This document shows, piece by piece, positions 31,470 through 40,623 of a stretch of 56,671 bases of DNA (positions are counted from its first letter, which is position 1; every line of letters starts with the position of its first letter). The notes below the pieces were generated by a model that saw only the letters and a program-made list of their open reading frames with translations, was not told the origin of the DNA and did not search any database. Position numbers and translations under genes: made by a program. Where the stretch lies: positions 1 through 56,671 of the forward strand of contig CANRNW010000005.1 in assembly GCA_947632145.1 (NCBI GenBank). The letters run 5' to 3'. Origin of the DNA: an uncultured Clostridia bacterium (GTDB taxonomy: Bacteria > Bacillota > Clostridia > TANB77 > CAG-508).

Positions 31470-31569
31470 ATATTTGAACAAAGAACTGATATGGACTACA
31501 TATTGAAGGAAAAAGGAAGCATTTTGAACAAAAAAATATAGACACAAAAAAGTGTCTATATTTTTTATA

Positions 31570-33201
31570 TTATTTTGTTATTATATATTTCTTAAAATAT
31601 ATAATTAATGTAATTCCAACTATAGAAACTAATTCAAGTACAACATAAAATAAGATATTATCATAAGTTTCTGGATTGTTTATATTATCTATTTCCTCAA
31701 ATTCAACATTAATATAAATGTTTTCAGTAATATTTGATAAAGTTAATTCTCCATTAGTTACATCATTTGTCATATCATTATCATTAACTACAATTGATTT
31801 TATTTTGTAACCATCATCAGGGAGTATATTAAATGTTGCATTTTCACCATATTTTACTTTAAAATCTTTGTCAGGAGTTATAGTACCACCATTACCTACA
31901 GTTATAGTAACATCACAATCTATTTTCTCAAATTCAACATTAATATAAATGTTTTCAGTAATATTTGATAAAGTTAATTCTCCATTAGTTACATCATTTG
32001 TCATGTCTTTACCATTAACTATAACAGATTTTATTTTGTAACCATCATCAGGAATAATACTAATTGTTTTACTTTCACCGTGTTTTGATTTAAAATCTTT
32101 GTTAGGATTTGAAACGCCACCATAACTAGTTTTTATAGTAATATCATAATAAATAATTTCAACATTATTACCTTCAACATTGTCAATGTCAGTTAATGAA
32201 GTAATTTTTCCTGTACTATTAATCTTTCCTTTATTTTGTAAAGTACCATTATTAGTTATAGTACCTTTATTTATTATATTTCCATTATTATTTACTTTAA
32301 CATCTGGAGGAATATTTAAAGATGCATCTTCTTCAACAGTTAAAACAGAACCTTCCGGAATTTCCATATCTTGACTAAGTGTTGCATTTCCTTTAACAGT
32401 TCCTGTCGTTCCATCAGAATTAAAAACTATGCCATTGAATTCATCATCTTTTAGCAAAAAATTATCAGAATATACAGTAGCATTACCGTTTCCTGCTAAA
32501 ATAACTGTATCACTATTAGTTCTACTTCCTAAAGCTTGCGTATGAATATTCCCACCGTTTAACGTAATTGTACCTTCAATATCAAAAAATTCTCTACCAT
32601 GATATCCTGAACCAATTCCTGTTGGATATGTACCTCCGCTACTATGTGTATAAATATTTCCACTATTTATAGTAATATTACCAAAAGGTGCATTATACTC
32701 ACTACCAATAACTGCACTTGTCCACGAAGAACCATAATTTTCTACTCGTGCATCTAAAGAACCATCACCATCAATTACCAAAGATGTATTTTGGGGAACT
32801 CTGATTGCAGATGCCTCTCGACCAGAACATAAATAGTTTTCTCCTACTAATGTTAATGTAACACTACTACCGTTTCTTAATTCGATAATATGAGAAGAAT
32901 TCCATCCTGATAAATCTTCTCCACTATAATTGTTTAAAGTAATATGCACATCTACAGCATTTTCTTCAACGATAATATTATAATCCTCTGTATTTCCAGT
33001 TAATTCAACCTTTGCACCTGAACTAAGAAAAATTTTTTTGTCTGTAGCATCAATTATATAACCATTTCCTTTTATTGATGCTTCAGTATCTTGAATAGTT
33101 TCAACAACATTTTCATCAGCTATTACATTCACTATTGGAATCATCAAAAATACAAAAACAAATAATACTAATAGTCTTATTAAGTTATTTTTAATATTCA
33201 T
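31570..33201 (-). CDS. Surface protein: signal peptide, beta-helix-like N-terminal region, two tandem approx. 77-aa Ig-like (InlB-B-repeat-like) domains, C-terminal TM anchor
   Basis: Signal-like N-terminus. Repeats ...PDDGYKIKS(V/I)(I/V)VN..DMTNDVTNGELTLSNITENIYINVEFE. Hydrophobic tail FYVVLELVSIVGITLIIYF. Confidence 0.75.
   Translation of the reverse strand: MNIKNNLIRLLVLFVFVFLMIPIVNVIADENVVETIQDTEASIKGNGYIIDATDKKIFLSSGAKVELTGNTEDYNIIVEENAVDVHITLNNYSGEDLSGWNSSHIIELRNGSSVTLTLVGENYLCSGREASAIRVPQNTSLVIDGDGSLDARVENYGSSWTSAVIGSEYNAPFGNITINSGNIYTHSSGGTYPTGIGSGYHGREFFDIEGTITLNGGNIHTQALGSRTNSDTVILAGNGNATVYSDNFLLKDDEFNGIVFNSDGTTGTVKGNATLSQDMEIPEGSVLTVEEDASLNIPPDVKVNNNGNIINKGTITNNGTLQNKGKINSTGKITSLTDIDNVEGNNVEIIYYDITIKTSYGGVSNPNKDFKSKHGESKTISIIPDDGYKIKSVIVNGKDMTNDVTNGELTLSNITENIYINVEFEKIDCDVTITVGNGGTITPDKDFKVKYGENATFNILPDDGYKIKSIVVNDNDMTNDVTNGELTLSNITENIYINVEFEEIDNINNPETYDNILFYVVLELVSIVGITLIIYFKKYIITK
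31696..32157. repeat. Tandem duplication (2 x 231 nt) inside the surface-protein gene, with a 78-nt exact core
   Basis: 31696-31773 is identical to 31927-32004. The flanking parts of the units have diverged. Confidence 0.85.
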
Positions 33202-33411
33202 ATCATTTCTCCTTATTTATTTCTATTTTGTTATAATATAAATCTTAAAATTGTTATAATCTATTTATATATTATTTACTTTATTTTTAAAATTTATAAA
33301 CAATATAATCAACTTAAATTACAATATAGTTATAACACAAAAATTGTTATAAATCAATTAATTACAGAAAGATAATACAACAAAGAAATGACACAAAAAT
33401 AATATTTTGTA

Positions 33412-33441
33412 TTGACAATTGCAAGTAAAATGTGTTAATAT
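33412..33441 (+). promoter_or_regulatory. Promoter of tRNA-Leu(UAG): TTGACA, 18 nt, TGtTAATAT
   Basis: Same 19-nt core as at 28011-28029. Confidence 0.55.
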
Positions 33442-33464
33442 AATCATTGTTGATATAAAAATAT

Positions 33465-33547
33465 GCGGATGTGGCGAAACTGGCAGACGCGCTAGACTTA
33501 GGATCTAGTCCGAAAGGGTGGGGGTTCAAGTCCTCTCATCCGCACCA
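33465..33547 (+). tRNA. tRNA-Leu (anticodon TAG), CCA encoded
   Basis: Acceptor gcggatg/catccgc, anticodon arm ctaga-ctTAGga-tctag, and a long variable arm. The T-stem has two G-U pairs. Confidence 0.8.
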
Positions 33548-33587
33548 ACGATGTTTCTGTTCGAACCAATAGAACAGAATATAAAAG

Positions 33588-33617
33588 TATCATTCTAAAA
33601 AGGAATGATATTTTTTT
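33588..33617 (+). terminator. Intrinsic terminator after tRNA-Leu
   Basis: tatcattc / gaatgata stem followed by ttttttt. Confidence 0.7.
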
Positions 33618-33630
33618 GTATAATAAACTC

Positions 33631-33769
33631 CACGTTGATACGGTTGGAAAAAATAAAAAAGCAATAGCAGAATATATAAGAAAACAATTCAAAAGAGTTT
33701 TTAACACTAATTTGCCAGAAAAATCCCCTTTTATGGTAAGAGAAAACCGCACGTATTACGCGCGCGGTT
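33631..33769 (+). mobile_element. Remnant of an IS200/IS605-family element: 3' stub of tnpA (Y1 transposase) plus a GC-rich subterminal hairpin
   Basis: Translation HVDTVGKNKKAIAEYIRKQ...SPF resembles the IS200 TnpA C-terminus (YYVDTVGKN...IQDYIKHQ...SPF). The N-terminal approx. 110 codons are absent. Imperfect hairpin aaccgc..gcggtt at 33745-33769. Confidence 0.6.
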
Positions 33770-33782
33770 ATGATTTTTGTTA

Positions 33783-33986
33783 TCAATTGTGTTCCCAAGC
33801 CCGTTTAATAATGCCTATAATGCCATAGGAGCTGAATACAGCCAAAATCATAGACAAAATAAGAGCAATAGTTTCATTGATAACTTGGTTGAAGAACGGC
33901 CATGTTTCAAAGATGAACATCCAACTATAAAGTTGGATCATCCAAAGAATAACACAAATGATACCTTTTGTTATTTTCCGTAACAT
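33783..33986 (-). CDS. Small two-TM membrane protein, unknown function
   Basis: ATG 33986 follows RBS ggagg. Two hydrophobic helices. Two in-frame CGG Arg codons. GC-richer context. Confidence 0.5.
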   Translation of the reverse strand: MLRKITKGIICVILWMIQLYSWMFIFETWPFFNQVINETIALILSMILAVFSSYGIIGIIKRAWEHN

Positions 33987-34054
33987 ACGAAAAACCTCCA
34001 TTCAAAATTATTTTTATAATTATTATTATACCATATATTTAACATAAAATCAAT

Positions 34055-34116
34055 ATAGACAGAGGGACGGAGCTTTTGTCTAATAATAATAGACAGAGGG
34101 ACGGAGCTTTTGTCTA
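34055..34116. repeat. Two exact 28-bp direct repeats (atagacagagggacggagcttttgtcta) with a 34-bp period; each contains TAGACA-N15-TGTCTA
   Basis: Copies at 34055-34082 and 34089-34116, upstream of the 33783..33986 minus-strand gene. Confidence 0.85.
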
Positions 34117-34182
34117 GCGAAAAAGTGGCAATAAAATATAATAATAATATCATAATTGCAGATGCTAGTTCTAATGAACTAT

Positions 34183-34233
34183 AAAAGTAACCCAGCTCCG
34201 TTTTAACGATTGTTTAAACGGGGCTGGGTTTTG
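34183..34233. terminator. Bidirectional hairpin terminator downstream of 34251..34592 (minus)
   Basis: aacccagctccgttttaa / ttaaacggggctgggtt long stem flanked by an A/T run on both sides. Confidence 0.7.
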
Positions 34234-34250
34234 ATTAGCCGTAAAAAGTA

Positions 34251-34592
34251 TCAATCGCCAAAAATGTAAGATACTCCTGCAGGGCTAATCTGAGGAATAG
34301 CGTGTTTAAAATAAAACTCGTAGAGGTTTGCTGCTGTTGTGTCTTCCTGCAGTATACTCTCCACACTGTTGTCTTTCAGGAAAAGCTGCATAGGTTTGCT
34401 GTTTTCACTATACCGCGTGTCGAAGAGAAGAGGTACCAAAACAGTACCGGGCTTAATGGATTTAGCACGTTCTTGTAATTCTTCAACGTACAGATTCACA
34501 TTTTTGTTTACAGTATTGGGGAAAGCAATACCTCTGTTAGCTTCTTCGTCATAGACAATTATGCAATGGGTGTTCCGCTCGATTTTTAACAT
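34251..34592 (-). CDS. 113-aa hypothetical protein (orphan, soluble)
   Basis: RBS aaggagg upstream on the minus strand. GC-richer. Two in-frame CGG Arg codons. No family recognised. Confidence 0.6.
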   Translation of the reverse strand: MLKIERNTHCIIVYDEEANRGIAFPNTVNKNVNLYVEELQERAKSIKPGTVLVPLLFDTRYSENSKPMQLFLKDNSVESILQEDTTAANLYEFYFKHAIPQISPAGVSYIFGD

Positions 34593-34836
34593 GTTTTTTC
34601 CTCCTTATACATTTGGCTAAGCCAATTAATAACTATATTTTAACATAGATTTACATAAAATGCAAATTTTATAGATATACTTAAACAAATTGATTGATAT
34701 TTGTATCAATCATCAAAGTGAGTATTTATTCAAACTATAAAACAGAATAGAGCAGAGTAGTTGAAAGTATACAAAAAATATATTATAATAATATTATGTA
34801 ACCATAAAAATCTGATGCAGAAAGGTAGGTAAAAAA

Positions 34837-35610
34837 ATGATTAAGTTTTTGTTGCGGAGGACCATTTACAAAGAGTTAGACAAAGAATCACAGGATAGGC
34901 TTTTGCGCTTAACCAAAGAGGAACACATAATTAAGTGCTTGTGCTCTACATTTTTGGCTGTCATCTATCTCCTCACATTCATTCCGGTATTCATAATTGA
35001 TATATGGGAAGAATTTACGATGACTACTCAAATTGTAATTATTGCTTTTATGCTGATTTACCTTTTGGGATGCCTAGTATTTATGAAGGTATTTACAAGA
35101 GCTTTCTTTGGATTCTCAAAGTTGTTAGCAAAAAGAATATACTTTTTAGCATGTACAACAAAAGGCAAGGCTTTATCCAAAAATGACCTTAAAATCATTG
35201 AAGAAGCAAATGAAAATCTGTATGCACTTATTGAAATGCAGCTGTGTCGGGGATATTGCTACTCAGTTTGTTTTGAAATATGTAAAACTCTCAAAAAGGG
35301 TTCTATAGAATTTCTTGCAATTAAGAGATTTTTCCCAAGTAATGATGAAAAGGATGATGGAAAAGACTTTACAATGCACGTTCTCTATGTAAACAATGGC
35401 TGGGCTTTTGATACATATAGTTCACGCCAATATCCGATTGAGAAATTGCACGAAATCTACAAAGCTAAGATTTATAAAACCTTTAGTTTTGAAGAAATTG
35501 GTAGCAAATCTTATGAAGAGTTTAGAGAAGAGCAAGAGCCTAAACTCGCAAAGTGGTCTATGGATAACGACTGTTCCATGTTTTGGAAAGAAGACGAGAA
35601 GAACACTTAA
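34837..35610 (+). CDS. Membrane protein (2-3 TM) with C-terminal Cys-His-Asp domain reminiscent of transglutaminase-like/papain-like fold
   Basis: RBS aaaggtagg upstream. TM segments are followed by CRGYCYSVCFEI ... TMHVLYVNNGWAFD (GxC...H..(V)..GW.FD pattern). Two in-frame CGG Arg codons. Confidence 0.6.
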   Translation: MIKFLLRRTIYKELDKESQDRLLRLTKEEHIIKCLCSTFLAVIYLLTFIPVFIIDIWEEFTMTTQIVIIAFMLIYLLGCLVFMKVFTRAFFGFSKLLAKRIYFLACTTKGKALSKNDLKIIEEANENLYALIEMQLCRGYCYSVCFEICKTLKKGSIEFLAIKRFFPSNDEKDDGKDFTMHVLYVNNGWAFDTYSSRQYPIEKLHEIYKAKIYKTFSFEEIGSKSYEEFREEQEPKLAKWSMDNDCSMFWKEDEKNT

Positions 35611-35616
35611 GCATTT

Positions 35617-35660
35617 CACGACTGGGTATAAAAATTATAACCAGTCGTGTTTTCTTTATA
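35617..35660 (+). terminator. Intrinsic terminator
   Basis: cacgactgggtata / tataaccagtcgtg stem followed by tttt. Confidence 0.75.
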
Positions 35661-35740
35661 ATATGTTGTTGACACAACCGGTTGTATATAAAATAAAAGA
35701 ATCATTAGAAAAAAGCAAACAAGATAAATATAGAAACTAA

Positions 35741-35772
35741 GAAGTAGAAAATAAAATTCTACTTCTTTTTTT
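35741..35772 (+). terminator. Second, orphan intrinsic terminator
   Basis: gaagtagaa / ttctacttc stem followed by ttttttt. No convincing gene lies directly upstream. Confidence 0.65.
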
Positions 35773-35908
35773 ATAGTTTATATGTTATAATAATACATAT
35801 TTTATGGGAAGGAAGTATCTGTAATGAATATAAAGGAACAATTATGTTCTAGTTGGGGAAAGATATTTTCAAATGGAGTAAATATAACTAACTTTTAGGA
35901 GTAATTTT

Positions 35909-37270
35909 ATGGAAATACAAAAAAATCAAGAATATGTTGTAGATATAATAGATAATGGTTATGATGGAGAAGGAATTGCAAAAATAAATGATTTTACTAT
36001 ATTTATTCAGGGTGCGATTAAGGGAGAAAAAGTAAAGATATTGATATTAAAGGTAACAAAATCTTTTGCCTATGGAAAAATATTAGAGATAATTACTTCT
36101 TCTAAAAGCAGAAATACTGTAGATTGTGTTAATTTCTCAAGATGTGGAGGTTGCACATTAAGGCATATTAACTACAAGGAAACTTTAAATATAAAAAGAG
36201 ATATAGTAAAAAATTGTTTATACAAAGAATTGCATAAAAACGTTGAAGTTAATGATACAATAGGGATGGAAAGACCACTGTATTATAGAAACAAATTGCA
36301 ATATCCAGTAGGATTTGATAAAAACGGAACTCCTGTAATGGGAATTTATTCACAAAGAACACACAATATTATAGAAATAAAGGAAAATTGTTATATACAA
36401 AATGAAAAATGTTCAGAAATTGCAAAAGATATATTTGAATTTGCAGTAAAAAATGATATAAAACCATATAATGAAGCAACAAACAAAGGAATCCTTAGAC
36501 ATATAGTTATTAGAATTGGAATAAAAACGAATGAAATTATGGTAACGCTTGTTGTAAATAATAATGATTTTAACAATGAAAAAGAATTTGTAAAAGAACT
36601 AACAACAAAATACACAGAGATAAAAACAATAGTAAAAAACTATAATAATAAAAACACTAATGTAATATTAGGCAAGAAAAATGAAGTAATATATGGAAGT
36701 GGTTATATTTATGATTTTCTAGGAGAATATAAGTTTAAAATATCTCCGTTATCATTTTATCAAGTAAATCCGCTTCAAACTGAAGTTTTATACAACAAGG
36801 CGATAGAATTTGCAAATTTAACAGGGGAAGAAACAGTATTTGACTTATATTGTGGAATTGGAACAATAGGAATTTTTGCATCAGCTAAAGCTAAAAAAAT
36901 ATATGGAATTGAGGTGGTTCCGGAAGCAATAGAAGATGCAAAAGAAAATGCAAAGATAAATAGTGTAGAAAATACTGAATTTTTTGCAGGTGAGGTAGAA
37001 AAGATTTTACCTGAATTGATAGAAAAAAGAAATATTTCAGCAGATGTAGCATTTATTGATCCACCAAGAAAAGGTTGTGATAAAGTAACTATAGAAACCT
37101 TGCTAAAAATAGCACCAAAGAAAATTGTATATGTAAGTTGTAATCCTGCAACATTAGCAAGAGATATACGCTTACTAGAAGAAAAATATGAATTAAAAGA
37201 AGTACAGCCAGTAGATATGTTTGGATTTACTTCGCACGTTGAATGTGTGGTTTCTCTAGTGAAATACTAG
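35909..37270 (+). CDS. rlmD: 23S rRNA (uracil-C5)-methyltransferase, RlmD/RumA family (TRAM + 4Fe-4S + SAM MTase)
   Basis: N-terminal TRAM domain, Cys cluster CVNFSRCGGCTLRH, SAM motif DLYCGIGTIG, and a C-terminal DPPRKG...VSCNP. Confidence 0.88.
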   Translation: MEIQKNQEYVVDIIDNGYDGEGIAKINDFTIFIQGAIKGEKVKILILKVTKSFAYGKILEIITSSKSRNTVDCVNFSRCGGCTLRHINYKETLNIKRDIVKNCLYKELHKNVEVNDTIGMERPLYYRNKLQYPVGFDKNGTPVMGIYSQRTHNIIEIKENCYIQNEKCSEIAKDIFEFAVKNDIKPYNEATNKGILRHIVIRIGIKTNEIMVTLVVNNNDFNNEKEFVKELTTKYTEIKTIVKNYNNKNTNVILGKKNEVIYGSGYIYDFLGEYKFKISPLSFYQVNPLQTEVLYNKAIEFANLTGEETVFDLYCGIGTIGIFASAKAKKIYGIEVVPEAIEDAKENAKINSVENTEFFAGEVEKILPELIEKRNISADVAFIDPPRKGCDKVTIETLLKIAPKKIVYVSCNPATLARDIRLLEEKYELKEVQPVDMFGFTSHVECVVSLVKY

Positions 37271-37322
37271 TATAACATATAACAAAAATATTATAAAATG
37301 TACAAGAGATTGGAGGATTATA

Positions 37323-37922
37323 ATGGAAACAATTATTTTAGCAAGTAATAGTGCGAACAAAATAATAGAAATTTCTCAAAAATTAAAACCATTTAATATA
37401 AATGTTATTTCTCAAGCGGAAGCGGGGTATAATATTGAAGTGGATGAAACTGGGACAACCTTTAAAGAAAATGCAATACTTAAAGCTGATGCAATTTATG
37501 AAAAAACAAAAATGCCAGTTATAGCAGATGATAGCGGACTTGAAATTGATGCATTAGGCGGAAAGCCGGGAGTGTATAGTAAAAGGTTTGCAGGAGAAAA
37601 TGCAACTGATAGTGATAGAATAGAAAAAATTTTAGATTTAATGAAAGATATTGAAGATAATAAAAGAACAGCGAGGTTTAAATGCACAATTTGCTATATA
37701 GATAAATTCGGTGATAAACATATATTCGAGGGAACATGCGAAGGGAAAATTACAACAAAACTTTATGGTAATGATGGCTTTGGTTATGATCCAATATTTT
37801 TATATGGAACAAAAACTTTTGCACAGATGACACAAGAGGAGAAAAATAAAGTTAGTCATAGGGGGAAAGCAATAAACAAATTAGTAGAATTTTTATTGAA
37901 TAATGCTAAAAAGGAGGATTAA
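37323..37922 (+). CDS. rdgB: dITP/XTP pyrophosphatase (RdgB/HAM1)
   Basis: ASNSANK, DDSGLEIDALGGKPGVYSKRF, GFGYDPIF and SHRGKA motifs. Confidence 0.9.
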   Translation: METIILASNSANKIIEISQKLKPFNINVISQAEAGYNIEVDETGTTFKENAILKADAIYEKTKMPVIADDSGLEIDALGGKPGVYSKRFAGENATDSDRIEKILDLMKDIEDNKRTARFKCTICYIDKFGDKHIFEGTCEGKITTKLYGNDGFGYDPIFLYGTKTFAQMTQEEKNKVSHRGKAINKLVEFLLNNAKKED

Positions 37923-40623
37923 ATGGAAAAGTTATTATTGATAGATGGAAATAGTATAATAAATAGAGCATTTTATGGGATAATGAATTCAAAAATGCTT
38001 ATGACAGAAGATCGGAACATATACAAATGCAGTATATGGATTTTTGGCTATAATGTTTAAAACTTTAGAAGATGTTAATCCAGATTATTTAGCTATAGCA
38101 TTTGATTTAAAAGCTCCTACACATAGGCATAAATTATATGACCAATATAAAGCAACAAGAAAGGGAATGCCAGATGAATTAGCAGTTCAAATGCCAATAT
38201 TAAAAGATGTTTTAAGAGCAATGAATATAAAAATTGTAGAATTAGAAGGGTATGAAGCAGATGACATATTGGGAACATTAGCAAAATGGGGAGAAAAAGA
38301 AGGACTTAATGTAACTGCACTTACAGGAGATAGAGACTATTTTCAACTAGCAAGTAAGAACATAACAATCAAAATACCAAGAACTAAAATGGGAAAAACA
38401 GAAACAGAAGATTTTGATGAAGAAAAGATAAAGGAAACCTATGGAATTGAACCTATAAAACTTATAGAAGTTAAAGGACTAATGGGAGATAAGTCTGATA
38501 ATATACCAGGAGTTCCAGGGGTAGGAGAAAAAAATGCAATTGATTTAGTTAAAAGATATGGGAATATAGAAAATTTATATTCTAAATTGGAAAGTAATAC
38601 TGATGATTTAAAAGGAAAATTAAGAGAAAATTTAATAAGTAATAAAGATTTAGCATTGCTTTCTAAAACTTTAGGAACAATAAATATAAATTCTCCTGTA
38701 GATAAAAATTTAGAAAATGTTAAGCTTCAAAAATGGGACAATGCTAAAGTACTAGAAATATTTCAAAAGTTAAAGTTTAATAGATTTATTGAGAGATTTA
38801 ACTTAATATCAACAAGTAGCAATAGTGAAAATAAAATGAATAAAATTGAATGTGAAATAGTGAAGAATACAGAGGAAATAATAGATGCAATAAAAAAAGA
38901 TAAAAAAATGTTTTATTATTTTGAAAGAAAGAATATTGCTGATGAAAAATTGATTATACAAGAAGAAATATGTAAAATATATGTGTATGTAGAAAATAAG
39001 CAAAAAGTATTTTGCTTTGAAAATATAGATAATTTAAAAGAGTGTTTTGAAAGTAATGATATTTTGAAAATAGGATATAAACAAAAAATAGACTATATAT
39101 TATTAAAACAAAGCGGAATAAATCCTGTAAATATGATGTTTGATATAGAGATTGCAGCATATTTACTAAATTCTAATATAAATAAATATACATTAGATTA
39201 TTTGGCGTTAGAATATGCTAGTTTTGATATAAATGAGTATTTAAATACATTCAATATAGAAACAGATAATAATCAAAAACAAATAAATTTATTCGATTTA
39301 GAAGAAAATAATAAAGATTCTAATTTAGAATTAAATTCCGTATATGCATATTTAATAAAACAAATATCAGATAAGTTATATGAAAAGTTAAAAGAATTAG
39401 ATATGTTAGATTTATTTGAAACAATAGAAATGCCAGTATCTGAAGTGTTAGCAGATATGCAATATAATGGTATGTATGTAAACAAAGAAGAACTTTTAGA
39501 ATATGGTAAAGAATTGCAAGCTAAAAAAGATGAATTAACAAATGAAATTTACACTTTATGCGGACAAGAGTTTAATATAAATTCACCTAAGCAATTAGGA
39601 GAGATTTTGTTTGAAAAACTAGGACTAACCAGTATAAAGAAGAATAAAAACGGATATTCAACAGATGTAGATGTTTTAGAAAAGATAAAAAATGAGCATC
39701 CAGTTATTGAAAAAATACTGGATTATAGACAAATTTCAAAACTTATTACAACATATGTTGATGGGTTAATTCCATATATAAATAAATCTACAGGAAAGAT
39801 ATATTCATATTTCCATCAAACTGTAACAGCAACAGGAAGAGTAAGTAGTTCAGATCCTAATTTACAAAATATACCTACAAGAATTGAACTAGGCAAAAGA
39901 TTAAGAAAGGTATTTAAACCTGAAAAAAATAAGATTTTTATAGATGCAGATTATTCACAAATTGAATTAAGGGTTCTAGCACATATTAGTGAAGATAAAA
40001 ATATGATAACTGCTTTTAATAATGATGAGGACATTCATGCTCAAGCCGCTTCAAAAATTTTTAATATAAAGTTAAATGAAGTTACAAAAGAACAAAGAAG
40101 TAAAGCAAAAGCAGTTAATTTTGGTATAGTTTATGGAATAAGTGACTTTGGATTAGGAGAACAAATAGGAGTAGGAAGAAAACAAGCAAAGCAATATATA
40201 GAAGAGTATTTAAATGAATATAAAGGCATAAAGAAGTTTATGTCAGATATTGTGGAAATAACAAAGGAAAAAGGTTATGTAGAAACTTTATATAAAAGAA
40301 GAAGATATGTTCCAGAAGTAAGTTCAAATAATTATGTTGTTAGACAATTTGGAACGAGAGTTGCCATGAATACGCCAATTCAAGGAACTGCAGCAGATAT
40401 AATGAAACTAGCAATGATAGATGTTTATAAAAAGTTAAAAGAAAACAACTTGAAATCAAAAATAGTTTTACAAGTTCATGATGAACTAATATTAGAATGT
40501 CCAATAGAAGAAAAAGAAATTGCTAAAAAACTATTGAAAAATTGTATGGAAAATGTTATAAAATTAAAAGTACCGCTTATAGCTGAATTGTCAGAGGGAG
40601 AAAATTGGTACGAATTAAAATAG
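37923..40623 (+). CDS. polA: DNA polymerase I; +1 frame break at in-frame CGG 38013-38015
   Basis: ATG 37923 directly abuts the rdgB stop (RBS aaggagga). It gives MEKLLLIDGNSIINRAFYGIMNSKMLMTED, and the +1 frame continues GTYTNAVYGFLAIMFK... into track ORF 38044..40623. 5'-nuclease motifs, a degenerate 3'-5' exo region, and pol motifs DYSQIELRVLAH and QVHDEL are present. Confidence 0.9.

Noticed and set aside
33777-33983. ORF 33777..33983(+) and ORF 35396..35740(+)
   Set aside because: The first is antisense to a better-supported membrane-protein gene. The second is an alternative frame overlapping the 3' end of 34837..35610 and runs through its terminator.
34055-34116. Possible CRISPR array
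   Set aside because: There are only two repeat copies with a 6-nt spacer and no cas genes, so this is not a CRISPR.
38800-39300. Absence of 3'-5' exonuclease DxE/YxxxD motifs in the central part of Pol I
   Set aside because: This is normal for Firmicute/Bst-type Pol I enzymes, which carry an inactive vestigial exonuclease domain. It is not a feature of this locus.
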